A stretch of DNA of 63,896 bases, counting the filler, from Rhabdomonas costata (lineage: Eukaryota), in the NCBI GenBank assembly GCA_019059605.1. It is 53 parts of 53 records of this genome, joined end to end, with 100 filler letters (N's around TTAATTAATTAA, not from the genome) between each part and the next. Parts side by side here need not be neighbours in the genome. Positions count along the whole stretch, not along the records: positions 35,028 to 36,134 come from JAHMHO010028246.1; positions 36,235 to 37,341 come from JAHMHO010028247.1; positions 37,442 to 38,548 come from JAHMHO010028248.1; positions 38,649 to 39,754 come from JAHMHO010028249.1; positions 39,855 to 40,961 come from JAHMHO010028250.1; positions 41,062 to 42,168 come from JAHMHO010028251.1; positions 42,269 to 43,375 come from JAHMHO010028252.1; positions 43,476 to 44,582 come from JAHMHO010028253.1; 45 more parts are not named here. One strand, given 5' to 3'. Below, piece by piece: positions 34,928-47,274 of this stretch. Positions within the stretch are counted from its first letter, which is position 1. Each line of letters begins with the position of its first letter. The position numbers were made by a program, and so were the translations under genes. The notes under the pieces are model-generated. The model made no database searches, was not told the DNA's origin, and was given only the letters and a program-made list of their open reading frames with translations.

Positions 34928-37900
34928 NNNNNNNNNNNNNNNNNNNNNNNNNNNNNNNNNNNNNNNNNNNNTTAATTAATTAANNNNNNNNNNNNNNNNN
35001 NNNNNNNNNNNNNNNNNNNNNNNNNNNGTGGGTGTTGTAGCTCCCGAAAGGAGTCGAGAGAAACTGCCTAACTTAGTAGTAGATCGCTTAGTTTGTATAG
35101 TAGTGCTAGATTGTCTTGTTTTTTTCTTTTTCTATACTTTGACAAGGTACTGTAACGTCGGTTTCCAGACCTTCATTTTGTTCACCACCAGGTTGCGCGT
35201 TAGCACCATACATCAATCCACCCAACTTGAAACTACTACCTCATTACCACTGTACTCACCACACCCAAGCACTAACATCATGCGAGCAAACCTTTTACAT
35301 CGGGCATTTGACACCGAGCTACATAGCGTCACTGAGACAGTTCCATACCAGATCAATATTCAACCAGTCACGGTTGCACTATCTAGCCAAGCGTTTGTCC
35401 AAGATTTTACACTGATGACTTGTCAGCTTCGGAACGTGCCACAAAAACTTGTTTCATGCATTAACTTAGCATCCTAAGTAATCTCAGCGGACACTACTCA
35501 CTCAAGGAGTAGATAGAAGTGGACTGATCTGCGCTCTTGAAAATATTTAAACCCTGATATACAGTCATTTGAACAAATGCCGCAGGTTGTTACGGGACTT
35601 TTAAAAGGTATAAAACGTTTCTAGGTGAGGAATCTATCTGGGTAACATTGGAAGCATACCTACCGTGGAGTGCACTGAACCTTGATGGTTGATATCCACA
35701 TCACGCTGTACGCTCAGTAATAGGCATGCGGGTCTAAAAAATGTCGACTAAAACATAAATGATCCTATATTGACGACTACGCCCGTACGTGTTGTTCCAC
35801 ACAGCTGTTATTGCCACTGAATGTCAAGAAAATGGACAATTTCCACATCACGTTTGGCTTGTGTATAGCGCTTGTAGCGCAATTATTGCTCCTTGAGAGA
35901 TTACTGGAATGTGGTGATTTGCGAATGCTGGCGGACACGTGCGCAACGCCTGGAGATCCCACATGAATACAAAAAATCTTAGTACACATAGTAACGAGTC
36001 TTAGGAGTCAACAAGAGACAAATTAGTCACCAACCGACGGAAAATCCAGCCACAATTGAACAAACTAAGCCCCAGGTGTTACCAAATTTGTCCCGCGGTC
36101 ACCTAAAACATTACCAGGACTTAACCCACCAACANNNNNNNNNNNNNNNNNNNNNNNNNNNNNNNNNNNNNNNNNNNNTTAATTAATTAANNNNNNNNNN
36201 NNNNNNNNNNNNNNNNNNNNNNNNNNNNNNNNNNAGAGTGTCTATCAGATGTTGATGCTATTTGGATCAAAAACAAAAAATACCCTTCACGTGGTCGCCA
36301 ATTCGCCAATTTTTGATACAGCGATGGACCGGATTATTAAATAAAAAAGACCCAAGACAGAATGACGCAGATGGATGATGTGGAATATTGTTCAGTTAAG
36401 CTATGGTCTACCCACTTACCTCGAGGGGGGAGGGGACAAAACTTCTGGAGACGGTGGCATGTGTTTTAAAAAGCGCCGTGCTGAATGAGAAGATCGAACT
36501 CTGAAACAAATCCGCGGGCATACCTCGTGCATCTGCCCATAGTTCATAGTTCATCGACATGACCAAACACCAAAACGGGCAGGAGTAATATATGCGGAGC
36601 GTCTTCAATTGTTTTCTGCTAGAATTGCTTCCAGTGACCTGCTTCAGCCAAGCGCATAACTGAATGAAGCGTGGCCACTGATAGGTGGGTGCCTGCAGTC
36701 GAATTTCGCCAATGCAGCGCGTTGTTATTATCCCAATCATTAGCACCCGCAGATACACACGTACAGCGAGAGAGTGGTGCAGAAAGCCTGCCTGCGCCGT
36801 GAACAGCCCCTGGGCAGGTAGGGATTGCATCCCGTGCCAAAACTTTCAGGCGAAATTAAGCGCACATCCAATCTCCCAGCCAGAAAACTGCAGAAAGCGA
36901 AAGAAGAAAGCCTCAGCCAAGCGGCGTAAAAGCTGCGCATGCAAAGGGAAAGGGGGTAAAGGGCATCGAAATACTCCGTGCAATGAACTGCTATGGGACG
37001 CATACAGAACATGAAAAGCGGCATCTTTGCTTCATGCTAGCGAAAGCCATGAAAAGCAGAGAGAGAGAGACAATGGATTGCGGTCAGTGTCAGGATTAAT
37101 GGTATCCTATGCCACCCAACTGTAGCTTGCCGCAGGAAGGGAGCACTCAGGCTGTGCGTCCCAGGTTGGGTCCCCTTTGCTTATGTTCACCTTTTTGCTC
37201 TGCTCCGCTTTTCACTTTCCCCCCTTCACTTCAAAAAGGAGAGCACTTCCACACTTCCACGCGTCTATTCAATGCCATCATCCGGATTATAAGTCCGCCC
37301 TTTTGGGAAGGGTTGAGATAGTAAAATTCGGAAAGCCAAAANNNNNNNNNNNNNNNNNNNNNNNNNNNNNNNNNNNNNNNNNNNNTTAATTAATTAANNN
37401 NNNNNNNNNNNNNNNNNNNNNNNNNNNNNNNNNNNNNNNNNCGAACCAATGCTGTGGGGAGGAAGGACTGTGGAGCGTGACTTTTCCGACCGTCGAGTGG
37501 AGCAACCCAGGAGGCGCTTATTATATGCCTAGTAACACCCCGAAATCGAGAACTTAGTCAGTAACGTTTCGAACTGAAGTCTTTTTAGCCTGTATTTATG
37601 CCGCTGGGCTTTGGTGGGATATGCAATGCCTTTATGAATGCGTAAGGTGCAAACTCTCGAAACTCTCGATTTACGGTGTAGCCTGCTATAGAATACTGGC
37701 ACACTCTTTGGATTTGGAGTCCCCCGCAACGGTAAACCAGCAACAAAGCCAATCAAAACGTTAGCCACGTTAGCTGTGAAGTTAGCTGCTCCCCACCTAC
37801 CAAGAAAATAGGAGCAGTGCCGAGTGCGGAAGCACCACGTACAGTTCGTACAAAGCGGTTAAAAAATCTTCTGGGAGGCAACTCAATCGCCCTCACTGCC

Positions 37901-37985
37901 ACCGTCACTGCTATGGTTGCGGCGTGCAAACACCAAGGCGGTGCTGAAGTGATGTTTGATTTGTTGCCGATGCGATGCCACGGAC

Positions 37986-38136
37986 CATTTCCTGCACCCC
38001 TGGGAAGGTCTCATGCATGAACTCGAACAGTTTAATGACGACCGTCTTCAGGAACTTCCAGTGGGCCTTCAGGAACCGGGGGTACTGCCCCACCACGTAC
38101 ATGATATTGCTGGCGATGACGGCCTTGTTTTCCTTC
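37986..38136 (-). CDS. XPO1: Internal exon of exportin-1 (CRM1)
   Basis: [50 protein letters not shown], the highly conserved CRM1 segment; AG/GT boundaries. Confidence 0.97.
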
Positions 38137-38679
38137 CTTCGGGAGAACGTCAGGTGTGCGCGTATGTGTCTGTGGGTATGCTTGGGCGGCCAGGTGTCTG
38201 GACTTTGAAGAAAAGAATAGCCATTCAGCTCGAGACAGCGGCTGGCGATGGCTGCAGCGGAACGAAGTATCTATGAATGCCATTTCACTGTAAATTCACT
38301 GTAAATTCTGAAACGCAACCCCGGCTCATCTGGTTAATGACACCAACTCGCAAGAGTAGCTGTTCAAAGGGATGATGAAAACTAGTAGCATCGTACGATA
38401 ATCGCGAGAGGCTTGACAACACGAACGATCGCTGAAAGCAAACGCGAGGATGCTTCGAACAATCGCACAGAAGGTCGAACAATAAAAAGCAGTGAACAAC
38501 ACACCCTCTCATCATCTCACACAACCCCAAAAGGTCCTTGACAACACCNNNNNNNNNNNNNNNNNNNNNNNNNNNNNNNNNNNNNNNNNNNNTTAATTAA
38601 TTAANNNNNNNNNNNNNNNNNNNNNNNNNNNNNNNNNNNNNNNNNNNNGTGGGAAGTGCCTCCATTAGCGTAGGGGGGG

Positions 38680-39742
38680 GCCACCCAGGGGATTGCCGCG
38701 GAGGTCGAGACTAAGCTCAGTAAGGCGGCAGAGTCTAGAAACGCAAGCGACGATCGGCATGGTCTCGTCGCCAAGGTCGTTGAACCCCAGGTCAAGTTTC
38801 AGGGAGGTTAGGGTGGGGATCTGAGAGGTCAGGCGGACAACATGAGAGGGGAAGAAAGGTGAAAAGACAGAAAGGAGAGATGACTCTTCGGTGAAATATT
38901 CCACTGGTAAGTGGAAAAAAGGCAGTGGTCTAGTTTCAGTTATATTTACCATCTAATAACCAAGAAGACCGTTTGCTCGAAAGGAGAGACGAGAATGAGA
39001 CCTCCTGGTCGATCCCTATCCATGTGCGACACCGAAGGAAACCGGACGAATCACTCTACTTCTATACCTTATCTCCACGTTGTTTTCCATGAGATTTTAA
39101 CTCCTCTGGCCACCCACTCATCAGCATCCTGAACACTTGTCTGCAGGTAACATGCCTCCAACACACTCTGCCCCACAATGCTGTGAGATATTTTAGCAGT
39201 ATATCATTCAGAGTTCTGAACACGACCTGAGTAAGCGTCCGGAAGAATCCCAAGGAGGCTCCGCTGAGCTGGTTCGCCTGCAGGCTTAGAGCGAGGCTCT
39301 GCAGACTTGAGAATCCTGCCATCACAGACAGCTCCTCCAGCGCCTCCACAGGGCCCAGGTCACAGTCATTCAGGCTGAGCTCCAGGGTAGTCAACCCAGT
39401 CAGCGAGCCCAGCAGAGAGAGGTCTGGCACACTAGTGCGGTGGTGGTCCAGGGTAATGCTCAGGCAGCGCAGAGAAGGCGGGCACACCGGGAGCCATGAG
39501 AACAGCCTGGGAATGGAGAAGCCCAGCAGGTGGCTTACTGCAAATCTTGCGGAGTATACCTCCCGGCCACAGAGCATCAGCAGAGTCTCGTCCGGGGGAA
39601 CGGAGGTGCAGCTCAGGTGCCTCCAGTGCACGGAGGCGCGCCACAACTGGCACACCAGACACATCTGTCGGGTCAGCGCGAAGCTGTGAATCAGCTGCAG
39701 AAGCTCAGGGGGTAGGGTGGTAATTGAGGGGGGCTTCGCCAT
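38680..39742 (-). CDS. F-box + leucine-rich-repeat protein (exons ~39742-39227 and ~38820-38680)
   Basis: ITTLPPELLQLIHSF...MCLVCQLWR F-box; LRRs LTTLELSLNDCDLG, LQSLALSLQANQLS, LTSLKLDLGFNDLG, LTELSLDLRGNPL. Confidence 0.85.
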
Positions 39743-40367
39743 CCTCCCCACAAANNNNNNNNNNNNNNNNNNNNNNNNNNNNNNNNNNNNNNNNNNNNTT
39801 AATTAATTAANNNNNNNNNNNNNNNNNNNNNNNNNNNNNNNNNNNNNNNNNNNNGGATTCAGGACCAGCCTAAAGTACATTCTGAGAATTCATATCAGAA
39901 GAGAACTGAAAGCGGGAGCTTGGTTGATCCCATGCCTGTCTCTCTTAACAGATGCCACTAGCAAAAGAAATGCTTTTTCTTGCGGTTCTTTTGCATTTTA
40001 GGTAGCATTGCTTCTGTGGGGTCAGTTTCTGTCTGCGAAAATTAAAAGGCGCTCTTTTGGGTCTGATTTGCAAATTTCAGGTGCACTCTTTGACAACTAA
40101 TTTGCAAAATACAGTTGAAACTAGCCCCCCCACCCCGAAACGGATTTATGTGGTACGTATGATAGCACTTTGTTGCTGTCTTTCTCTCTAATCAAACAGG
40201 TTATTTTGATCAGTTGTGTGTTGTGTTCAGCTGTACAATCTCAACTATGCACTGTGCAGCAATTTTGCAACATATGGCGGGTCGCATAAACGTCAAACAG
40301 CTATGGGCGAGCCCAACGTGTGGAGAAATCATGAGGAGCATAGCTGCAAGAGGCACAAGGGTCATAC

Positions 40368-40569
40368 CTGTGGGGTGGATGCAGTAACGAGTCACCCCAA
40401 CCACGGCGTCATCCAAACCAAGATCGGCAAGAAGTTCGGTGAGGCTGGGCACCAAGCTGATCACGCGCTTAGGGGCTGCCGCCAAAGTTAGAGCGCGTCC
40501 CCGCGCGTCGACCATGGATAGCGGAAACCCTTGCCCCGCGCTCATTCGTAAAGCGACAAAGCGTCTCAT
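40368..40569 (-). CDS. First exon of a BtuF/TroA-like (cobalamin or Fe-siderophore) substrate-binding protein
   Basis: DARGRALTLAAAPKRVISLVPSLTELLADLGLDDAVVGVTRYCIHP is the canonical N-terminus of bacterial helical-backbone metal receptors; similarity stops at CAG|GTATGA. Confidence 0.85.
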
Positions 40570-41061
40570 AAAGACAAAGGGTAACAACCTACGACAAAAT
40601 AATTAAACAAACAGTGCACAGCCCCGATGCATCATAGGTATCTGTCACGGGTGAACGCGCAGAGGAGAGTAAATAGGGTGACCTCAAAACGTAGTCTGGT
40701 TAATGCAATGGTGACGAGTATGATGATAAGGGCAAAAAACCGCAGAACAATACAGTACCAAAGGCTCGAGTACCAAACAAAGGCAGCAAGGCAAATCGCA
40801 GGGGTTGCAAAGAGCATTAAACACGCAAAGCATCATGTGCGCCTATTGAGTTCCAAGTGAGTGACCTCCACACTGAACCCCTTCTCCTCGAGGGCGCGCC
40901 GAGCGGCCTCCACGACAGCAACGCTGCGGTGGTGACCCCCCATACAGTTGACACACACACANNNNNNNNNNNNNNNNNNNNNNNNNNNNNNNNNNNNNNN
41001 NNNNNTTAATTAATTAANNNNNNNNNNNNNNNNNNNNNNNNNNNNNNNNNNNNNNNNNNNN

Positions 41062-41198
41062 TGTGGTGTGTACGCGCTGCGGACGCTCTTCTGGAAGGCT
41101 ACGACCGCAGCACAAATCTCAATGTTGACCTGTTTGTGGTCAACGAGCTGCAGCTCTCAGCCAACTTCGTCTTTCCCCGCTCTGGCGTGCACGAGAAG
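41062..41198 (+). CDS. Probable exon, unknown protein
   Basis: VRAADALLEGYDRSTNLNVDLFVVNELQLSANFVFPRSGVHEK ending at AAG|GTGCAC; GC-rich third positions. Confidence 0.4.
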
Positions 41199-42661
41199 GT
41201 GCACCCGGAAAAAGCCATGCACTTGACTTCGTGTGTCAAAAACGGTGCAGTGAAGGATCTTGTAAATCACCTGGGCAGCTTCCTCCAGGATAGTTTCTGT
41301 AATGTTGCCAGACAACAAAGGGGTTCACAGTCAACAAAGGAGTTCACAGTACCAAGGGTTTCCAATGTAGACATTTAATCGCTTTAATTTAAACTTCCAA
41401 CTCCAAACAATCCAAACAATGACAACAACTTCCCACCCACCAAGGATTCTGACGTTTGAGCAGGCAACCTAGTTTTGTGAAATGCCTCGAACTAAGGTAG
41501 AAATTAGTTTACATGTGCAAGCAACATTTTATATGTACCCCAAAAAAATATTGTTGCCTGTCAAAGTATTAACAGTCAATTTCACGAATTTTTGATTTGT
41601 TTGTGGTATGTATCTATCGATAAGGTAAGTAAAATTAAAAAAAGGGTGTCGCACAGAGATCATTTTTTGGGGCAACTGGGCAGCCTAATAATCCTTGATG
41701 CAAGCAAAACTCTTTTCATCTCTTCGTCTTTTCGTTAACACACAAATTGCTCCACACATGTTTGCCTCGAGTGGGGGACATTTTTTCTTTTATGGTGGTG
41801 GGTCCTTGTCCAGTCGCTGTTCGTCTCCCTCAAGACCGCACCCAAGGGGACAAAAAGCAATGGGAGTCAGCAAAAACAAAACTTTGGCATAACAACATTG
41901 TTCCATCCGCGAATCAGGCACTATAATTTACAAGGCGGAGAGATCGAAGTTATTCTGAAAAATTTATTAGAGGTGATTGGAATTCGACTCACACCAGGAC
42001 AGCTATCGACGCGGTACTGTATTGTGGACTCTGATGGATTCGGGAAGGCGCCAGGGTGCTTGTACCGCAGTAAGGTTTGACGACAACTAGCGCGCGCAAA
42101 GCGTGGAACCCGCAATCCTGGACAGGTTCGCACGACTTCTGTACCAAACCCCGAGGCAGGCGGAGTGTNNNNNNNNNNNNNNNNNNNNNNNNNNNNNNNN
42201 NNNNNNNNNNNNTTAATTAATTAANNNNNNNNNNNNNNNNNNNNNNNNNNNNNNNNNNNNNNNNNNNNGGGTTTGTTGGACACACGACACAAACGTCATC
42301 CATCCTGCCGCACATCATTGGGGTTACGGTGGAAATTTTTAGAAGTCATGTTCGGCCCACGCCCGATTTTAGAGCCTGTTAGCAAGATGGTGGCGTTTCG
42401 GTCTTCGCGGGGTTGCTCTCGCAATGAACATTTTTGGGCCCTACTTTCTTCATCATCCAAGTGGTGACGTGCTTCCTCTTTCGACTGGATCCAGTCTTGT
42501 TGCTGGACTGCAGCTTGATGAGAAATGACATAATCATCATAATTATAATCGGCGGGAACCCCTCGCCAGCGCCCTTCACTCATTCGGTCCGTGCCGGGAG
42601 CCACTTTTTCGTTTGAGCTTTGTGTTTTCTTCACTCGTGCATTGCCCTCCCTTCTTCGAAG

Positions 42662-42949
42662 GGAAAGTTAGCGCCCCCCGGGAGGACGGGTCCCACCTCC
42701 TGCCCAACGGCTCCGTGCTAAACCCCGACAACTCGGTCTTGTTCCCTGACGGGGCCTTGTTGAAGGTGGACGGCAGCGTGACCCTCCCGGATGGCTCCGT
42801 GATTACCAAGGAGGGCGGCCTGGCTAGCCCGCCGCGCTACAGCACCCACACTGGCGTCGCCGGGGTCAACCCCGCCCGCACCACCCTTGACTCTGCCCTG
42901 GTCGCGCTCTCGCAGTCCCTCCCTGACGGCACCATTAGGCTTCCCAACG
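42662..42949 (+). CDS. Exon(s) with tandem (L/F)PDG-type beta-hairpin repeats
   Basis: LLPNGSVLNPDNSVLFPDGALLKVDGSVTLPDGSVI...LPDGTIRLPNG, 7-residue periodicity. Confidence 0.6.
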
Positions 42950-45900
42950 GTCTGGCCTCCCTCACTTTCTCTCTCTCCCCCAATTTTTCACTATCCCCTC
43001 ACCTTAGCCAACGCAACTATTCACCTCGCACATCCCATCTCAGAGCCCATAGAACCCGACCCATCCTCTGATTTCCGATTCTGATTTCTGATTTCCACAG
43101 ATGCAAAAAAAAAAAGACGAAGAGCGGCGAGATAGTTGAAGATGATAGCTCTTTGCCATTCAATAAGGACGCCCCATGCACACCATCGTGTCGTGTGGAG
43201 AAGCGGGAAGATTGAGTAGAAAGACCAGTTGCCCCTTTCAGGGCCTCCGAAGTCGGTCACCAGACAGCCCGAGGTCAGCACGCCTGCGGTCTCGGATATG
43301 TTGAAAAACTGTAACGAAACCAGGCCAAGCAAAGAGCCTAGATGCGTCGATCACGCAGAACTCGACACTCCCTTTNNNNNNNNNNNNNNNNNNNNNNNNN
43401 NNNNNNNNNNNNNNNNNNNTTAATTAATTAANNNNNNNNNNNNNNNNNNNNNNNNNNNNNNNNNNNNNNNNNNNNTAAGGCGGCTGTGCGCGGGGGATAA
43501 CTGAAAAAGAGCAGTCACTAAAGCAACAAAGAAGCAGTGTTTAGCGCTGGCAGCCAAGGTGCCCATCAGATGAAAACGACCGACGAGAAACTCACACTAC
43601 AGTCTCATCAGCCTTGTCTTTGCTTCACACTAAAAAGTCGGCTGTGCAGAGGAGCAAGAAATTAATTCGGTATTAAAATGAGAGCATGGAGTTACGAAAT
43701 GGGAAGGTCTCGAAGGTACTGGGGAAGGAAATGCTGTGTATATTCAGGCACAGCGCTCCCATTTCCACAGGGATATAGGTATGCCAAGTCACCTTTGTAA
43801 TGTTGCCCCACTTTCACAAGAAACTGATTTATAAATGAGATTAAGCAGCCGCTTCCGAACTGACTCCGAGGGTGACAAATATTGGCCACACATTTGGCTA
43901 AGAAGCACAACCAAATAAGTCCCAGTTCAATTCAGTACAAAGACTTTCGTAAGAGCGTTTGCACAGTGAAAGTCGGGTTTGCGTTTCTGTTCCATTACGG
44001 TGCACATGCCAGAAGCCGGTCGCCAGATACAAACATGAACCTTGCACGCTGCGTGAGAAATCCTCTGGGGATTTCCCCGGTGCTCCTGATTCCCTCGGCT
44101 ACACAACGTTTGCGAAACGAAGCCTCCATCGCAAACACGCAAACACTCCATGCACACACGTCCAAATCACAAAAGCTTTCTGCGCTTTCTGCGCATTGCA
44201 GACTGCAGAGAAGGATGAAGCCTGCTTTTATCATCAGACTCCCCGAGCAGCACGTGGAAAGGCCTTCGTCCAGGTGAAGGTGGGCGGCTGAGCCTGTTGG
44301 GCCACTTTCCTTAAGCCCGAATGACCCCGCACTTTCTGGTCAAACAAAATACCTGCCCGTCTGATTATGCCATATGTTCTGAATCCATAATTCATAGCAG
44401 ACTACTCCAGCCTCGAAAGCCAAGTCATTTCTTTGTTCGACTGATCCGAGCACCCAAGTCCTTGGGCTGGGCCAACACAGGAATCCCGAGCACCTCAGAG
44501 AAGGATTGCAGAACAGCCCAGATGTAGACCCCGAAGGCCCCTACACAGGCCGTGGGGTACCCCCCCCAGACACACCCAACACNNNNNNNNNNNNNNNNNN
44601 NNNNNNNNNNNNNNNNNNNNNNNNNNTTAATTAATTAANNNNNNNNNNNNNNNNNNNNNNNNNNNNNNNNNNNNNNNNNNNNCCTCGCGAGAAGTTTACG
44701 GAGAACTTCGCCCGCAGGATCGGCGTGCTGGCCAGCAGCCTACTCACTGGTCATAACGGGCACCCATGCCCCCCACCGCACCGCCTCCAATACGCCACCC
44801 CGCCTTTTATCGTCTTCCTCTTCATGTAAAGAAGCACCGCGCCACTTTTCACGCGTGGCTTCTGGTCGTCTTTCACTGTGATAGAGTTGAGATGGGGAAG
44901 CACCGCGGTTTTTGACCCCAGGGTTTGCCAATCTAAGCGGCCCTTGTTTTTTCTTGCCCTTGTTTTTTTCGTCCTCCACGCGAATGGTGAATGTCTCGCC
45001 AGCGGTGCGCGCGGACAGGTGGGGAGAGGGAGAAATCGGCAGACTACTTGGAAAGGATGACGCTGACACGACACTAGGAATGCTAGTTTCTTTCAGCACA
45101 CCGCAGCCTGCCTCTCAAAGCACCAGCACACAGCACACGGAATCACCCTACTATTGGACCTTCGTTGTCAAATCGATGATATGTGATGATGACGCAGTGA
45201 AGGGTCCGACCTGCAGAGCTCTGGCTGCTGAGGTTAAGGAGGAAAAGGGCATTCTTTTGCAATTCTGCAGGATTGTATCCGACTGAAGGTCACATTGACG
45301 AGGCCCACCAGAAGTTGTTCGGAGGGCTTGGTCTTGAGCAGGTCCTCACCCTATCCTCCCGCGTTTCCCTTCTCTTTGTATTCAGCAGCGCACTACCTTC
45401 CCTCTGTGTCGAATGACGGCGTTGGGATGATCCCATATGGAGTTGGATCGATATTTGAAGGATCAGTGACCCACTCCGGCAAGCCTCTCCTCTCTCGGTT
45501 CGGCTTTAGGATTCCAACAAAAAATTTCGCGACGAAGCAGGAAGCGCACGTGTCTCCTGGGATTTCGTGCAATACCACCTTAATCTCGACAAAATCTCCT
45601 CCGAAAAGCCGCGGCAGCCGTGTGTCGCCACCGAACCGTGCATCGCAACCCAGCCCCCTTTGGAGCCGTGCCCACAGCCGATTATCTGGCTCGAAACTAT
45701 GGAACCTCAGCCGAGCCCCCTCGCTGTCTCAAATGTATCACCTATCAGACACAAAAAAAACACACTACGACCGCCACCACCAACCCCCNNNNNNNNNNNN
45801 NNNNNNNNNNNNNNNNNNNNNNNNNNNNNNNNTTAATTAATTAANNNNNNNNNNNNNNNNNNNNNNNNNNNNNNNNNNNNNNNNNNNNGTTGGGGGGGTG

Positions 45901-46147
45901 CTGACGCGTGTGTTCGGTGAAGGTGGAGGTTATGGACAAAGGGCAAAGCCAGTAAAGGGTCTCTTCAGGAACGTAGAGAGGTTGGGAGCCAGGGGAGGAA
46001 AGAGGTGGCTCCATGGAAACCTGGCTGAATGCCAGCGGTTTCGGTGTGCCACAGGTCCTCACTCCTCACTCCCATCTACTCCCGGCTTCCGGTGTGCGCT
46101 CGTGATGGGGAAGGCGGTGGTGACAGTCTGTGGTGTGGAGGTGTCAG

Positions 46148-46192
46148 TGAGTGAGTGAGTGAGTGAGTGAGTGAGTGAGTGAGTGAGTGAGT
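46148..46192. repeat. (GTGA)n microsatellite
   Basis: About 11 perfect units. Confidence 0.95.
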
Positions 46193-46220
46193 GCGTGTGC
46201 AGCCCCCTCGCGAATCCCAT

Positions 46221-46766
46221 TCACTCCTCTCTGGTCATCGGCTGCGTGGACTGCGAGCCTGGTGGGTGCGAGAAGCCCTGCCCTGAGGTGGGCTCCTCGT
46301 CCATGGTCTCGTCGTCGCCCTTCTCGAGGAAGCTTAGGAAGCTCTCCACCTCTTTTTGGGCCTGTGTGCCGCCACGGAGAGATCTTGGCAGGGGAGACCA
46401 CCACATGGAAAAGCTGACGTGTCTACGACGTCATCTACAGCGCTGTCCACAAACTGCCACCCTACCGCTCGCCGCCCAACAATGCTTCCCTGAAATTGGA
46501 ACTAATTAGCGGAACCCTAACTCCTACCCAAACTGGACGAATCCGGCAATTTTTTACAACATTGGGAATCCAAAAGTATACCGGAGGTCCATGAAAAGGA
46601 GCAAGCTCCGTTAAAAGACGAAATTTACGAGGCGAAAACTGGGATGACTCTTTCCATACCCCCTCCCTTCCCCACTCCGATGAGTCGTAGCCACGCCACA
46701 GCCAGTAGGTGTCCTCCGTGACAATCTCTAGCTCGTAGAACACTTGGAAGAAGTTGCACAGCACCC
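46221..46766 (-). CDS. C-terminal W2 domain (eIF4G/eIF5/eIF2B-epsilon/BZW type); exons ~46766-46660 and ~46361-46221
   Basis: LCNFFQVFYELEIVTEDTYWLW (AA-box 1) spliced to AQKEVESFLSFLEKGDDE (AA-box 2). Confidence 0.75.
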
Positions 46767-47114
46767 CTGCCGGCAGAAGCAGACCACGTCGAAAATGGCA
46801 CCCCCATCATCCACTGATGCACCCATTTCCACCGATGTCGGGTAAAAGCTTCAAAAAAGTCACTGTCCATGAAAGGTCAGTGAACCCCTCAAGAAGGTTT
46901 CACACAACTTTCGGATCCCTGAAAACGCATCTACCACAGAATTCATGTCCTGGTGCTACCTCTGACTCACCCAGCGACGTGTACAACCCAACAAACNNNN
47001 NNNNNNNNNNNNNNNNNNNNNNNNNNNNNNNNNNNNNNNNTTAATTAATTAANNNNNNNNNNNNNNNNNNNNNNNNNNNNNNNNNNNNNNNNNNNNCGCG
47101 CAATTTTTATGGAA

Positions 47115-47274
47115 CTCTCTGTAATTCTCGTAGTTCTTGGCGTTCAGGGGCACCAGGGTAGTCAGGACGAATTCTTGAAATCTGCATGACCTGTAAAAAC
47201 TCGGGAGAAAGGTGAAGATGAAACTTTCTTCCTCAGGAACCCTGGAACACACCCTGTGGATTTCTAATGCGGTC
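47115..47274 (-). repeat. Dispersed 160-bp repeat, copy B (copy A at 9403-9562)
   Basis: Ungapped, about 91% identical to copy A. Confidence 0.9.

Noticed and set aside
36236-36245. GAGTGTCTAT match to the euglenid spliced-leader core
   Set aside because: Only 10 nt; lacks the following T-run, CG and GT donor of an SL RNA gene.
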